Origin: a bacterium
GTDB taxonomy: Bacteria; Hinthialibacterota; Hinthialibacteria; H5-UNCL2
DNA: 64,000 nucleotides
Assembly (NCBI GenBank): GCA_015075175.1
Contig: JABTUV010000008.1
Span: 329-64,328, forward strand
Direction: 5' to 3'
Shown here: in pieces, positions 28,505 through 37,993 of the stretch
Layout of the letters: each line of letters begins with the position of its first letter
Position numbering within the stretch: position 1 is the first letter of the stretch
Program-made: the position numbers and the translations under genes
The notes under the pieces: model-generated
The model's input: the letters and a program-made list of their open reading frames with translations, nothing else
The model's database searches: none
What the model was told of the DNA's origin: nothing

Positions 28505-31500
28505 TCAGCCTCGTTTCATGTCGAGCCGCCGCAGCAGCTCTTCCGTTTCGGCGGCCAGCGCCGCCTTGGGCTTGTAGCGCAGCACCAGGCTGCCCTTCTT
28601 CTGCTCCAGCGCCAGTTGGCCGGGCAGCCGACCGTCCAGTTCGATATACTCCAGGGGATCGAAGTTTTCAAGCCGCGGCGGTCCCAGGCGCAGGAGAGCC
28701 AGCTTCTGGCGGTCCAGGAGCAGCACCTGCTCGATGCCGGCGGCGCGCGCCAGCAGGCGCAGCCGCGCCGACTCCAAGAGCCGCTCGACCTCGGGCGGAA
28801 ACGGTCCGTACAGGTCGCGCATCTCCGCCGCCAGCTCGGCCAGCTGCTCCGGCTTGCGGAGCGCCGCCAGGCGCTTGAAAAGACCCAACCGCTGCTTGCC
28901 GGAGACCACGTACTCGACCGGCAGGCCGCCCTTCTCCTCACGGTCCACGACCACGTCCATGTCTTCATGGGGATCGCGGACGCCCTTCAGCGAGTCGATG
29001 GTCTCCGACAGGAGCTTGTTGTAGAGGTCCAGGCCGATGGCGGCGATGTGGCCGTGCTGATGGCGGCCCAGGATGTTGCCCATGCCGCGGATTTCCAGGT
29101 CGCGCATGGCGATCTTGAAGCCGCTGCCCAGCTCGTTGTACTCCTGGATGGTGCGCAGGCGCGCGCGCGCCACGGGAGTGAGCGCCTTCACGCTCGGAAC
29201 GAGGAGATAACAATACGCTTGGCGGTGCTCGCGGCCGACCCGCCCCCGCAACTGGTAGAGCTGCGCCAGCCCGAAGTGGTCCGCCCGATTGACGATCATG
29301 GTGTTGCAGTTGGGGATGTCCAGGCCCGACTCGATGATGGTGGTGCTTACAAGAATGTCATACTTGCGCGCGACGAACTCCTCCATGACGTGCTCCAGCT
29401 GGTTGCGGGGCATCTGGCCGTGGGCCACGGCGATGCGCGCGTCGGGCACGATCTCGGACACGATGTGCGCGACGGCCGCGATCGACTCGACGCGGTCGTG
29501 GACGAAGTAGACTTGCCCGCCGCGCGACAGCTCGCGCAGGATGGCCCCCTCGACCACCGGTTTGCTCCAGTCCATCACGTAGGTCTCGATGGGCAAACGG
29601 TTCTGCGGGGGGGTATTGACCATCGACATGTCGCGGATGCCGGAAAGCGACATGTAGAGCGTGCGGGGAATGGGGGTAGCGGTGAGCGAGAGCACGTCCA
29701 CCATGCGGCGCAGGTTCTTGAGGCGCTCCTTGTGGCGCACGCCGAAGCGCTGCTCCTCGTCGATGACGACCAGCCCCAGCCGGGAGAAGCGCACGTCCTT
29801 GGAGAGCAGGCGGTGGGTGCCGATGACCACGTCGATACTGCCGTCCGCCAGGCCCTCGATGATGCGGTTCTGCTCCTTGGGTGAGGCGAGCCGTGACAGG
29901 TGGGCGATGGTGACGGGATAGTCGGCCATCCGCTCGGTGAAAGTGTGGGTATGCTGCTGGGCGAGCAGCGTGGTGGGCACGAGCACGGCGACCTGCATGC
30001 CCTCCATGACGACCTTGAAGGCGGCGCGCATAGCCACCTCGGTCTTGCCGAAACCCACGTCGCCGCAGAGGAGGCGGTCCATCGGCTGGGGCCGCTCCAG
30101 ATCGCGCTTGACCTCGTTGATGCTCTTGAGCTGGTCGGGGGTCTCGACGTACACGAAGGCGTTCTCGAACTCCTTCTGCCAGTCGTTGTCGCGGCCGAAG
30201 GCGTGGCCTCGGCGGGCGGCGCGCTCGGCGTAGATTTCCAGAAGTTCCTGGGCCATCTCCAGAATCGCCTCCTGCGCCTTCTGTTTGGTGCGTTCCCAGG
30301 CCCTGCCGCCCAGGCGGTCCAGCGCGGGGGGCGCGTCCTCGCTGCCGATGTAGCGGCCCACGCGCTCGACCTGCTCGATGGGGACGTAGAGCACGTCGTC
30401 GTCGGCGAAGCGCAGTTCCAGGAATTCGGAGCGGCTTCCGTCCACCTCCAACAGCTTCAGCCCGACGTAGCGCGCGATGCCGTGATCCACGTGCACGACG
30501 AAGTCGCCGGCGGCCAGTTCCATGAGATTGTAGATGGGTACGCCCAGGCCCGCGCCGCGACTGCTTCGGAACTGGCGATAGCGTCCGAAGATGCCGCGGT
30601 CCGTCACCACCGACCAGCCCACCTCGGGCCAGTGAAAGCCCTCATCCAGGGAGCCGACGACGATATGCACGCCCGGTGGGGCGGGCGGACGGCGGCCGTC
30701 GGGCGGCGGATGGTCCTTGGCGGCGACGCGCGCCCAGAGGAGGTCGGCCAGCCGCTCCGCCTGGCCGGTATTGTCGCACGAGACCAGCACCTGCCGTCCC
30801 TCCCCTGTCAACGCGAGCAGCGCGTCCAGTCGCTCATCCGTCTTGCGCTGGGGAAACTCTTCCACGCCCATGTGCAGGTTGAACACGCGCCCGCGCGACA
30901 GGCCGGCCACCTGTTCATCGGTCCAGAAGTCGGACAAGATCACGTCCGCGCGCCGCGCCAGCGCCTCCACCACCTGCTGGTCGGTGAGAAACAGTCTTTC
31001 GGGCGGCACCAGTTCCACCGGGGTTTCTTCGCCCAAAAGCTGGTTGCGCTGATGGTACATTTTCTGCACCAGGCTCGGAGACGCGCCCCGCTTCCGCCTC
31101 CAGTTGTTCGGCGCGATCCAGGACGACGCGCGTCCCGGGCGGCAAAAGGTCCAGCAGCGTAACCAGCGGGACGCCTTCCTTCTCGGCCAGGGCGGTCAGG
31201 CGCAGTTCGTTGGCGGGCAGGATGACGACTTCGTCGAGGGGGCCGACGGAGCGCTGCGTCTCCACGTCGAAGCTGCGCAGGCTCTCCACGTCGTCGCCGA
31301 AGAGCTCGATGCGCACGGGCCGCTCCTCGGTGATGGGAAACACGTCCATGATGCCGCCGCGCACGGAGAATTGGCCGGGTCCGCTCACCAGCTCGGCCCA
31401 TTCGTAGCCGTCGTCCACGAGGCGGGAGGCGAACTTCTCGCGCTCCAGCCGCTCCCTCGCGCGCACGGACAAGACGTGGCGCAGGAGGAACTCGTCGGGA

Positions 31501-31991
31501 ACCTGGCGTTTCATTACCGCGCGGATGGGCGCGACGATGGCGGACGGCTCGGTGGAGCGAGAGAGGAGGAAGCGTCGCACGAGGCCGCGCGCGCGGCGGA
31601 TTTCCACCGTCGGCTCCTTGTCCTCGTAGGGCAGCGTCTCCAGATGGGGCAGCGGCAAGAGATGTGGAGTGCGGCTGCTTGCTGCCGCCGCGGGTCCACT
31701 GTCGGTGCGCGGTGCGCACCCTACGGGCCACCAGGAGAACCAGAACCCCAGGTCGTCCTCCCAGCTCTCCATCGCCTGCCGGTCGGAGGTCACCACCAGC
31801 ACGGGGCCGGGTTGCGAAAGCAAAAGATGCCCGACGAGGAGCGAACGGGCCGAGCCGCACACGCCGCCCAGCGTGACGGCCTGTCCCGCCGACAGGCTCT
31901 CCCAGGCGCGCAAGAGCGCCGGCTGCCGGCCCAGCTCCTCCCAGAACTCGCCGCGAACCTTGCCTTGTTTTTCCGCCAGATGCGCTTTCAT
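28505..31991 (-). CDS. mfd: transcription-repair coupling factor, one apparent frameshift near 31055-31100 and an in-frame repeat insertion
   Basis: ORF 28505..31069 holds the CarD-like, DEAD/DEAH helicase (GDVGFGKTEVAMRAAF, DEEQRFG) and TRCF domains. ORF 30915..32000 holds the UvrB-homology N-terminal module (ETLPYEDKEP). ATG at 31991. Combined length is about 1160 aa, as expected for Mfd. Confidence 0.9.
31663..31724. repeat. composite intergenic-type repeat located inside the mfd coding sequence
   Basis: TGTGGAGTGCGGCTGCTTGCTGCCGC (31663-31688) plus GGTGCGCGGTGCGCACCCTAC (31704-31724). Both families otherwise occur only between genes, for example 12776-12856, 33939-33964 and 53058-53206. 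Confidence 0.85.
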
Positions 31992-32165
31992 GCAACACAA
32001 ACAGCCACGATGGCACCCACCGTGGCCCTTTCCTTTCGAGTTGTCGTCAGCTTAGCAGAAAGGTCCGCGCCCGTCAGCTGAAGAAACTCGTTGACGGTGC
32101 GAGAAGCGGAGGCGTACCATGCCCAGTAGTCGCATACATGCTCGGGTGTGTGGGAGGATCGCCGA

Positions 32166-32396
32166 ATGGATACGACACAATCCAGGTTTCTGTCTCCCCT
32201 CTACCTGTCGCTCCTGTTTGCCAACGTCCTGTGCCTTGGGGGCCTCTTTACCCTGGTCGCGCTACGGCTCGCTTCCGGGCAGACGAGTATCCCGCTGGTC
32301 CTCGCCACGATCGGCTCCGGTCTGATGACGACAAGTCTCGGAGTGGGCGCTCTCGTAGCCGCACGCAAGCGGAAAAACTGCACCCGGTTGTCCTAA
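32166..32396 (+). CDS. small two-TM membrane protein, hypothetical
   Basis: ATG 32166 is preceded by GGGAGGA (32152-32158). The 76-aa product MDTTQSRFLSPLYLSLLFANVLCLGGLFTLVALRL...IPLVLATIGSGLMTTSLGVGALVAARKRK has two hydrophobic helices and a basic tail. Confidence 0.4.
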   Translation: MDTTQSRFLSPLYLSLLFANVLCLGGLFTLVALRLASGQTSIPLVLATIGSGLMTTSLGVGALVAARKRKNCTRLS

Positions 32397-32420
32397 CGCC
32401 GCGGCGTAGGAGGTAAGCCC

Positions 32421-32675
32421 ATGCTCACGCGCAAAGCATTGCTGGAACGCATCAGCGTGGATCCGCAGGTGTGCTTCGGCCGCGCCTGCATCCGCGGCAC
32501 GCGGATATGGGTCTCACTGATTTTGGAAAATCTGGCGGAAGGAACGAGCGAAGCTGAGCTGCTGGCTGCGTACCCGCAATTGCAGCCCGAGGACATCCGG
32601 GCGGCGCTGGCGTACGCCGCCGAGACCACCCGGGAGCATGTGCTTCCCCTTCCCGCTCAATCCCTCGAAACGTGA
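32421..32675 (+). CDS. DUF433 domain protein (antitoxin-like)
   Basis: 84 aa. ISVDPQVCFGRACIRGTRIWVSLILENLAEGTSEAELLAAYPQLQPEDIRAALAYA is the canonical DUF433 pattern. It overlaps the next ORF by 4 nt. Confidence 0.75.
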   Translation: MLTRKALLERISVDPQVCFGRACIRGTRIWVSLILENLAEGTSEAELLAAYPQLQPEDIRAALAYAAETTREHVLPLPAQSLET

Positions 32676-33037
32676 GGTGGAAACTCGACGAGAATCTGGC
32701 GCCAGCGGTGGCGAAGTGTCTGGCAGCGCCTGCACACGATGTTGCGAGCGTGGTGGGAGAACATCTGAGCGGGTGTACCGACGAGACGCTTTATCGCCGG
32801 TGCGTGGCAGAGAGACGCGTCCTGGTCACGCTCGATCTGGACTTCGCCAATCCGATCCGCTTTCCGCCGGACATCGAACCCGGAATTGTCATTTTGCGGG
32901 TGGGCCGTCCAACACTCCGAGCGTTGCAGACCATGGTTGAGCGTGTCCTTCCGGCCGCCACCGCGCCACAGCTTTCCGGCAATCTGTGGATCGTCGAGCC
33001 AGACCGTCTGCGCGTGTATAATCCGCGCGAGACCTGA
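32672..33037 (+). CDS. DUF5615 (PIN-like / Mut7-C-like) putative toxin
   Basis: 121 aa. MRWKLDENLAPAVAKCL...TDETLYRRCVAERRVLVTLDLDFANPIRFPP matches the DUF5615 pattern (acidic residues D6/E7, D-x-D). It is translationally coupled to the DUF433 gene. Confidence 0.7.
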   Translation: MRWKLDENLAPAVAKCLAAPAHDVASVVGEHLSGCTDETLYRRCVAERRVLVTLDLDFANPIRFPPDIEPGIVILRVGRPTLRALQTMVERVLPAATAPQLSGNLWIVEPDRLRVYNPRET

Positions 33038-33116
33038 AGCACCTTTCCGTTCGCATTGACACTTCATTGCGCGAGTCCTATGGTCAGGCGACACTTTCCA
33101 TGTGAGGCGCTTACCC

Positions 33117-33935
33117 ATGCACGTTTTCATCTCCGTGGACATCGAAGGCATCACCGACGTGACGTGGTGGTGGGATGAGAAGGAGAAGGGCCGGGAGGAG
33201 GTGGCCTGCCGGCGCATGACGGCCGAAGCCAACGCCGCCGTCGAGGGCGCATTGGCGGCGGGCGCCAGGAAGATCACCGTGGCCGATTCGCACGGTTCCA
33301 TGCGCAATATCCTGCCCGAACTCCTGCATCCGGCGGCCACGCTGGTGCGCGGCCAGAGCCGCCCGCTGGGCATGATGCAGGGCGTGGACCGCAAGGTGGA
33401 CGCGGCCATGCTCATCGGCTACCACGCCATGGCGGGCACGAAAAACGCCACGCTCGCGCACACGTATACCGGCCAGGTGCACCGGCTGTGGGTGAACGGC
33501 GTGGAAGTGGGCGAGATCGGCTTCAACGCGCGCGTGGCGGGGCGGTTCGGCGTGCCGGTGGTGCTGCTCTCGGGCGACGCGGCGGCATGTCGTGAGGCGG
33601 AGCGCGCCATCCCCGGCATCACCACGGTACAAGTAAAGGACGCGATGGGCTACATCAACGCGGCCAACGATCATCCCGAAACGGCGCAGGCGAAGATCAG
33701 AAAGGCGGCGACGGCGGCGCTGGGGAACCTGAAGGCGGTGAAACCCCTCACGCTGAAGGGCGCCCCGCGCGTGCGCGTCGAGCTGCGTACCGTGCAGCAG
33801 GCGGACCTGGCGGCACTGGCGCCGGGGATTTCGCGCTTGGACGGCTACACCGTCGAGTACAAGGCGCAGGACATGGCGGAAGCGCACAAGACGCTGCGCG
33901 CCATCTTCACGCTCGCCCGCGCCGCCAAGTGGTAA
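33117..33935 (+). CDS. M55 family D-aminopeptidase (DppA-like)
   Basis: MHVFISVDIEGITDVTWW...ANAAVEGALAAGARKITVADSHGSMRNI...MLIGYHAMAG is typical of Peptidase_M55. The ATG at 33117 is preferred over the GTG at 33102. Confidence 0.8.
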   Translation: MHVFISVDIEGITDVTWWWDEKEKGREEVACRRMTAEANAAVEGALAAGARKITVADSHGSMRNILPELLHPAATLVRGQSRPLGMMQGVDRKVDAAMLIGYHAMAGTKNATLAHTYTGQVHRLWVNGVEVGEIGFNARVAGRFGVPVVLLSGDAAACREAERAIPGITTVQVKDAMGYINAANDHPETAQAKIRKAATAALGNLKAVKPLTLKGAPRVRVELRTVQQADLAALAPGISRLDGYTVEYKAQDMAEAHKTLRAIFTLARAAKW

Positions 33936-33970
33936 TTATGTGGACTGCGGCAGCTTGCTGCCGCCGTGGC

Positions 33971-36900
33971 CTACCGGCGTATCATCCTCGCCGACAGGAA
34001 CCGCGAGCCGCTCTCCGGGCCGACTTCCACCGGCAGGTCCAGCCGCTGGTAGTCGGGATGCGCGACCCGCAAAACGTATTGACCTTCCGCCAGAACACCC
34101 GCCCAACCATTGTAGAGGCCGGAAAGGCCGCCGCTTCCTTCCACACGCCCGCCGCCGGGCCGCCGCACCTCGACGGACACGCCGACCACCGGCTGGCCGG
34201 TTTCGGCGTCGAAGGCGATCACTTGCACCGGATAGCCGGCGTGCAGGCGGAACTCGGCGTAGCTCTCCGCTCCCGAGCGGATCACGATCCGCTTGGCGCG
34301 CGCGGGCAGGGAGATCGTGCCTGACAGCCCCGCGACTACCATGGCGTCGTAGCTTCCCGGCGGCACGTCTTTTACCTCGAACGTGCCCCGGCGCGGATCG
34401 ACGCGCAGTTCCGGGAAGGGATAGGCCGCGCCCTCCTCGTCCTGCAAAATCAGTGCATAGTCGCGGTTTTCGTGCATCGCGGGCGGGCCAAGCACGCGCC
34501 CCACGAGGGTGCCCGGCTCTTCCATCACGAGCTCGAGATAGTCGCCGCGCCCGCTTTCCAGTACCGTCGCGTGTGCGGAAGCGACCAGGCGCTGCCGGTC
34601 CGGGACGCCCACGCGATACTCGCCCGGCAGAAGTCCCGAGAGCGTGAAGCCGCCGTCGCGGTCGGTGCGCGCGCGGCTCAGCCAGGCGTCGGGCACGACC
34701 GCGAGCAGCTTGTCCAGTGACCACTGTCCGATATCGCGCGCCTCGCTCTTGGGCGGCAGCGGCACGGCCTTCACCTCGCGCCCCTCGACGGGCACGCCGC
34801 GCGCGTCCAGGAGGCGCCCCGTGAGCGTGCCCGACTTCAAGGTGAAATTGTGTGTGGCCGTGCCCTCGGCGGGCATGGTCAGCGAGACGAGGTGCGGCAC
34901 GGACAGGCCCGGCGCGACCACGGCGATCCAGCATTTCTCGCCCGCGGGCAGCCCGGCGAGACGATAGCGCCCCTCCTCGTCCGCGGAGGCGCGCGGGTCC
35001 ATGATGCCGTCCAATACGTCCGCTTGGGGAATCCAGGCCTGGGCGAGCCCGATCACGGCGGCGGTGCGACGGCGCCGCTCGGGGCCGGCCTGGGACGTCC
35101 GCGCCCCGTCCACCTCGATGCGTCCCACCAGCGAAACGCCGCCGCCGAATTGCACGCGCGTGGTTTCGCCGTCCACCACGTCCACGATGCGGACGGCCTC
35201 GGGCCGCCCGCGCCGCTCTGCGGTCGCGCGCAGTTCCACCAGGTAGCCGCCGGGCGGCAGATGCTCCAGATCAAACCTGCCGGCTTCGTCGGTAGTCAGC
35301 GTCTGGCGCAGAAGGCCGGCTTCGTTCATGATGGGCGCGTGCGTCACGACCACCCGCGCGCCCGCGCGCGGCGCGTTTTCCGCGTCCAGGCACACCCCCT
35401 CGATGCGCCCGCCTTCCAAGAGGCGAATCACCACGTCCCCGCGCCCCGTGCACACGTTCATCAGCGTGCCGGGAGCGGCGTTTTCAGCCCGGGCGACCAG
35501 GTTGTAAAATCCCGGCGACAGGCCCGACAGGCGAAAGTACCCCGTCGCCGAGGTGACGGCGTCGCGCCGTCCGCCCAGCGTGGCGGCTGAATCAATCCAG
35601 CGACCCACCGACTCCTGGTTCCGGGCATGGCGGGAAACCTGCGCACCCGCGACCGGATTGCCGTTCCAGTCCTCGACCACGCCCGCGATGAAGTCGCCGC
35701 TGCCGACGTTGAAGATGACTTCGACGGTCGTTCCGTCGGTGATGGTCGCGTAGCGGGACAACGGCGGCAGTCCCTGCGCGCGCAAGCGCACTTCGTAGTC
35801 GCCGTCAGGCAGGCCGGTGATGGTCGCCTGACCCCGCGCGTCCAGCGGCATCGTCGGGCGGCGGTTCGTCCCTCCCCAAACCTCGACCACGTCGAGCCGT
35901 GAATCGATCTCCGGGGACGGAACATACGGCGCAGCCGGCGGGGCGACGACTCGCGCCACGATGGTTCCCCCCGCGCCCAGCACCAGGAGCACGTCCTCGC
36001 GGCGTTCCGCCAGGCCCAGCTCGATGGGCTGCGGCGTACCCTGCGAGGTCAGGACACCCGCGGTCTCGGCCGCTTCAATCGTGTAGCGTCCCGGCCAGAC
36101 GCCCACAAATGAGAAGGCGCCGTCCGCCGTCGTGGACGTAATCATGGGTCGGATCGAGCGCCCCCAGAGGTATAGATCGACGCCCGCGGCCGCCGCGCCG
36201 ATGCGGCTGTCCACGACCCGGCCCGCAATCACGCCGCCGGGCGTGAGATAAAAGGTGACGGCGGTAATTTCGCCCGCGGTGATCGTCTGCGTCTGCTCCA
36301 GGAATCCGGTCGCGCTCGCGACGAGCTCGTAGCGCGTGCCGGGCAGGAGATTCTTGAGTACGATCAAACCGCTGGCGTCGGCGGGAAAGGTCGCGCCCGG
36401 CTGGAAGTGCAGGAGTGTCTCGTTGACGTCGTTCTTGACCGCCTGGCGAAAGGCGCGCGCGCCCTCCGGCACGCCTTCTCTCACGTTGGCGAGAATTTGA
36501 ACGGACAAGGCGGCGGCCGGACGCAGGCTGAACGTCACGGCCCGCACTTCACCGGACTCCAAGAGCAGGTTCTTCTCCTCCAGGCAGAGATGATCGTCGG
36601 CGTCGATGCGAAAGCGATAGAGGCCGGGGGGCAGAGTCGCTTCGAGGACCCCGCCGGCGGGGATGGGCGCCAAACCGGTCTTGTTCCAGGTAAGGCGCGT
36701 GGGTGGGACGGGGCTGGTCCCATCGCTGGGAACGACGTGGACCGTGAGAAGCGCGGGCGGCGCAGCCGGCGTGGGCGTCGGCTCGACGCGCGCCGGTCCG
36801 ACCGCCGGCGTGGGCACGTAGGTGGGAAACTCCAGCGCCCCCAGGCGTTCCGGCCGGGCCGGCCCCGGCTGGGGTCCGGGCGAGACATACCTCCACACCC

Positions 36901-36973
36901 CCGCGGCTATCGCCAAGGCGAGCAGGGTAAGCAGGGGCATGAGCGCCGGCGAGAAGGTCCGTTCGCCCATCAC
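33971..36973 (-). CDS. large membrane-anchored/exported protein built of carboxypeptidase-regulatory-like (Ig-like beta-sandwich) repeats
   Basis: 1000-aa ORF with the N-terminal hydrophobic anchor LMPLLTLLALAIAAGVW. It contains many ~80-90-aa repeats with recurring G-x-V-x-D...P-[VL]-x-G-A-x-V...T-D-x-x-G-x-[FY]-x-[LF]-x-G-L-x-P-G-x-Y motifs. Confidence 0.6.
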   Translation of the reverse strand: MMGERTFSPALMPLLTLLALAIAAGVWRYVSPGPQPGPARPERLGALEFPTYVPTPAVGPARVEPTPTPAAPPALLTVHVVPSDGTSPVPPTRLTWNKTGLAPIPAGGVLEATLPPGLYRFRIDADDHLCLEEKNLLLESGEVRAVTFSLRPAAALSVQILANVREGVPEGARAFRQAVKNDVNETLLHFQPGATFPADASGLIVLKNLLPGTRYELVASATGFLEQTQTITAGEITAVTFYLTPGGVIAGRVVDSRIGAAAAGVDLYLWGRSIRPMITSTTADGAFSFVGVWPGRYTIEAAETAGVLTSQGTPQPIELGLAERREDVLLVLGAGGTIVARVVAPPAAPYVPSPEIDSRLDVVEVWGGTNRRPTMPLDARGQATITGLPDGDYEVRLRAQGLPPLSRYATITDGTTVEVIFNVGSGDFIAGVVEDWNGNPVAGAQVSRHARNQESVGRWIDSAATLGGRRDAVTSATGYFRLSGLSPGFYNLVARAENAAPGTLMNVCTGRGDVVIRLLEGGRIEGVCLDAENAPRAGARVVVTHAPIMNEAGLLRQTLTTDEAGRFDLEHLPPGGYLVELRATAERRGRPEAVRIVDVVDGETTRVQFGGGVSLVGRIEVDGARTSQAGPERRRRTAAVIGLAQAWIPQADVLDGIMDPRASADEEGRYRLAGLPAGEKCWIAVVAPGLSVPHLVSLTMPAEGTATHNFTLKSGTLTGRLLDARGVPVEGREVKAVPLPPKSEARDIGQWSLDKLLAVVPDAWLSRARTDRDGGFTLSGLLPGEYRVGVPDRQRLVASAHATVLESGRGDYLELVMEEPGTLVGRVLGPPAMHENRDYALILQDEEGAAYPFPELRVDPRRGTFEVKDVPPGSYDAMVVAGLSGTISLPARAKRIVIRSGAESYAEFRLHAGYPVQVIAFDAETGQPVVGVSVEVRRPGGGRVEGSGGLSGLYNGWAGVLAEGQYVLRVAHPDYQRLDLPVEVGPESGSRFLSARMIRR

Positions 36974-37109
36974 GACGACTCCTTCAAAACAAGGCTACTC
37001 CCTTATGACGGTTGAGTCGAGTCCCCGTCACAGGCCTTCAGGCGAATTGTTCTCGAAGGATAGGCGTCAGTCTGCCGGGAAAAACCGGCTGAAGACTGGA
37101 CTCCGGGGG

Positions 37110-37844
37110 TTACAGCCGTCCGCCCCGGTCCGCCAGCAGTTTGGCCATCCACTCCACGTCCTCGGGGGTACCCATGTCGCCCCACACGCCCGACAGTTCG
37201 ATGGCCCGCACCATCCGCCCGTCGTCCACCATGCGGCCGATGGCCTCGGTCAGCTCGTACTCGCCGCGCGGCGATTTTGTCAGCCTGGCCGTGTAGTCGA
37301 AAATGACCGGCGTGAAGACAAAGAGGCCGGCGTTGTTCCAGTGGCTCGTGCTCGTGCCCGGCTCGGGCTTCTCGATGATCTGCGTCACGCGCCCGCTGTC
37401 GTCCACGTAGACCGCCGCGCCTCTGCTGGGATCGTCCACCCACTTCACCGACAGCGCCATGTCGCCGGGACTTTCCTGAAAACCGTGGATCATGCGGGGA
37501 TAGTTCTCCAGGCTGGTCATGATGTCGCCGAAGGACATGAAGAAGTCCTCGTCGCCGACGGCGTCTTTGACCAGATGCAGGGCGCTGCCGGTACCGTCCT
37601 GCACCGCCTGGCGCACGTAGCGTATGTTCATGCCGAAGCGGGCGCCGTCGCCGAAGTGGTCCTCGATCAGATTGGCGAAATAACCCGTGACCACGATGAA
37701 GTGGGAAATGCCGGCGTCGCGGATGGAGGTGAGGATGCTCTCCAGAATGCTTTGTTTGCCCACGTCGATCATGGGTTTGGGCTGGTTACGTGTAAGATGG
37801 CGCATGCGGGTTCCGCGCCCGGCGGCCAGGATGACGGCTTTCAC
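37110..37844 (-). CDS. sugar-phosphate nucleotidyltransferase (NDP-sugar pyrophosphorylase family)
   Basis: N-terminal VKAVILAAGRGTRMRHLTRNQPKPM is the G-x-G-T-R-x(n)-PK signature. GTG at 37844 is assumed as the start; the ORF track extends to 37919. Substrate is not assignable. Confidence 0.75.
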   Translation of the reverse strand: MKAVILAAGRGTRMRHLTRNQPKPMIDVGKQSILESILTSIRDAGISHFIVVTGYFANLIEDHFGDGARFGMNIRYVRQAVQDGTGSALHLVKDAVGDEDFFMSFGDIMTSLENYPRMIHGFQESPGDMALSVKWVDDPSRGAAVYVDDSGRVTQIIEKPEPGTSTSHWNNAGLFVFTPVIFDYTARLTKSPRGEYELTEAIGRMVDDGRMVRAIELSGVWGDMGTPEDVEWMAKLLADRGGRL

Positions 37845-37993
37845 GGCCCGAATTTCTCCCGAGAGGTTGATGAAAGATCGAGACGGGGCCACTATAGCCA
37901 AAGGCGCGCCGCGGGGCAAGCGCGCGGCTTGTGTCGCGGGCCGGTTGGCCCTATAGTGGCCGGGTCGGATTCTGCGGCTGAAAGGAAACCCTC

